A DNA stretch of 64,000 nt from an uncultured Candidatus Saccharibacteria bacterium (lineage in GTDB: Bacteria > Patescibacteriota > Saccharimonadia > UBA4664 > CAZOQX01): assembly GCA_964582465.1 (NCBI GenBank), contig CAZOQX010000001.1, positions 89,214 through 153,213 on the forward strand, written 5' to 3'. The notes beneath the pieces were generated by a model. That model saw nothing but the letters and a program-made list of their open reading frames with translations, did no database searches and was not told the origin of the DNA. Position 1 is the stretch's first letter, and every line of letters begins with the position of its first letter. The translations under genes and the position numbers were made by a program. Below are positions 63,605-64,000 of this stretch, in pieces.

Positions 63605-64000
63605 TCAAATGGCGTTTGTGAGTTGGGATAGCGGACCGAAAATACTGACCACAAGCAGGCCGACCATGCCGCCCAAAACTACAATTAAAATTGGTTCAAT
63701 AACGGAAGTAAGATTAGACACCACGTTATCAACCTCCTTTTCGTAAAAGTCGGCCAGCTTAAACAAAATGGCGTCGAGTTGGCCGGTTTCTTCGCCTACG
63801 GCCATCATTTGGGCCACAATCGGCGGAAAATCTTTGAATTGCTTAATCTCTTGCGACAACGGTTTGCCGGCTTTGACACCTTCGGCCACAGTAGTGAGAG
63901 CGTTTTGATAAACGGTGTTCGAAAGTGACGTGCGGGTCGAGTTGAGGGCGTCCAGTACACCCAGCCCAGATGACATCAAAGAGCCGAAAATTCGGGCGAA
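63605..64000 (-). CDS. pilC: Type IV pilus platform protein PilC (T2SS F domain), C-terminal part; gene continues beyond the window
   Basis: ...PPIVAQMMAVGEETGQLDAILFKLADFYEKEVD...TM helix. Typical GspF/PilC C-terminal domain. Confidence 0.7.
   Translation of the reverse strand, partial: FARIFGSLMSSGLGVLDALNSTRTSLSNTVYQNALTTVAEGVKAGKPLSQEIKQFKDFPPIVAQMMAVGEETGQLDAILFKLADFYEKEVDNVVSNLTSVIEPILIVVLGGMVGLLVVSIFGPLSQLTNAI

Overview
This 64 kb window looks like a small-genome, roughly 50 % GC bacterium with streamlined housekeeping and a type IV pilus / competence locus. That combination suggests a Patescibacteria/CPR (Saccharibacteria-like) lineage, but this is inference only.

The native backbone carries:
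- an ABC-2 exporter;
- four tRNAs: Ile-UAU, initiator Met, a CAU tRNA and Lys-UUU;
- a Wzy/WaaL-like O-antigen ligase and ftsB;
- ftsH, murJ and tatA-tatC;
- lepA, an AlkD-like glycosylase, and a CIRCE-controlled hrcA-grpE-dnaK-cutA-dnaJ operon;
- comEC, yebC and ruvC, then a small glycan-related cluster, then ruvA-ruvB;
- a pilus operon: pilO/N/M, a PilX-like protein, two minor pilins, pilA and a partial pilC.

The most striking native feature is a 17.6 kb minus-strand operon (12974..30630). It encodes six tandem, translationally coupled paralogous giant Thr/Ser/Gly/Asn-rich beta-helix-like proteins (703-1134 aa). None has an N-terminal signal peptide. All share a conserved N-terminal NW-S module and a conserved C-terminal tail ending in TRTGAS. 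Some carry CBM4/9-like or LamG-like lectin inserts. The operon is led by a repetitive fibre-like protein with a Tat-like (S-R-K-x-F-L) signal, and it sits convergent to tatA/tatC.

Scattered through the backbone are at least five compositionally foreign islands, roughly 58-65 % GC by eye. Several abut tRNA genes or interrupt operons. They encode:
- an orphan Mycobacterium-like DnaN beta-clamp, an HhH-GPD glycosylase-like protein and a ParB-like nuclease protein, inserted between pilA and the minor pilins;
- a ribbon-helix-helix antitoxin-like gene overlapping two unknown genes;
- CxxC and small-peptide genes driven by tandem consensus promoters with a palindromic operator;
- a primase-type CHC2 zinc-finger protein.

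These islands plausibly derive from a high-GC (actinobacterial) donor, possibly the host of an epibiont. No CRISPR array, rRNA or integrase was seen.
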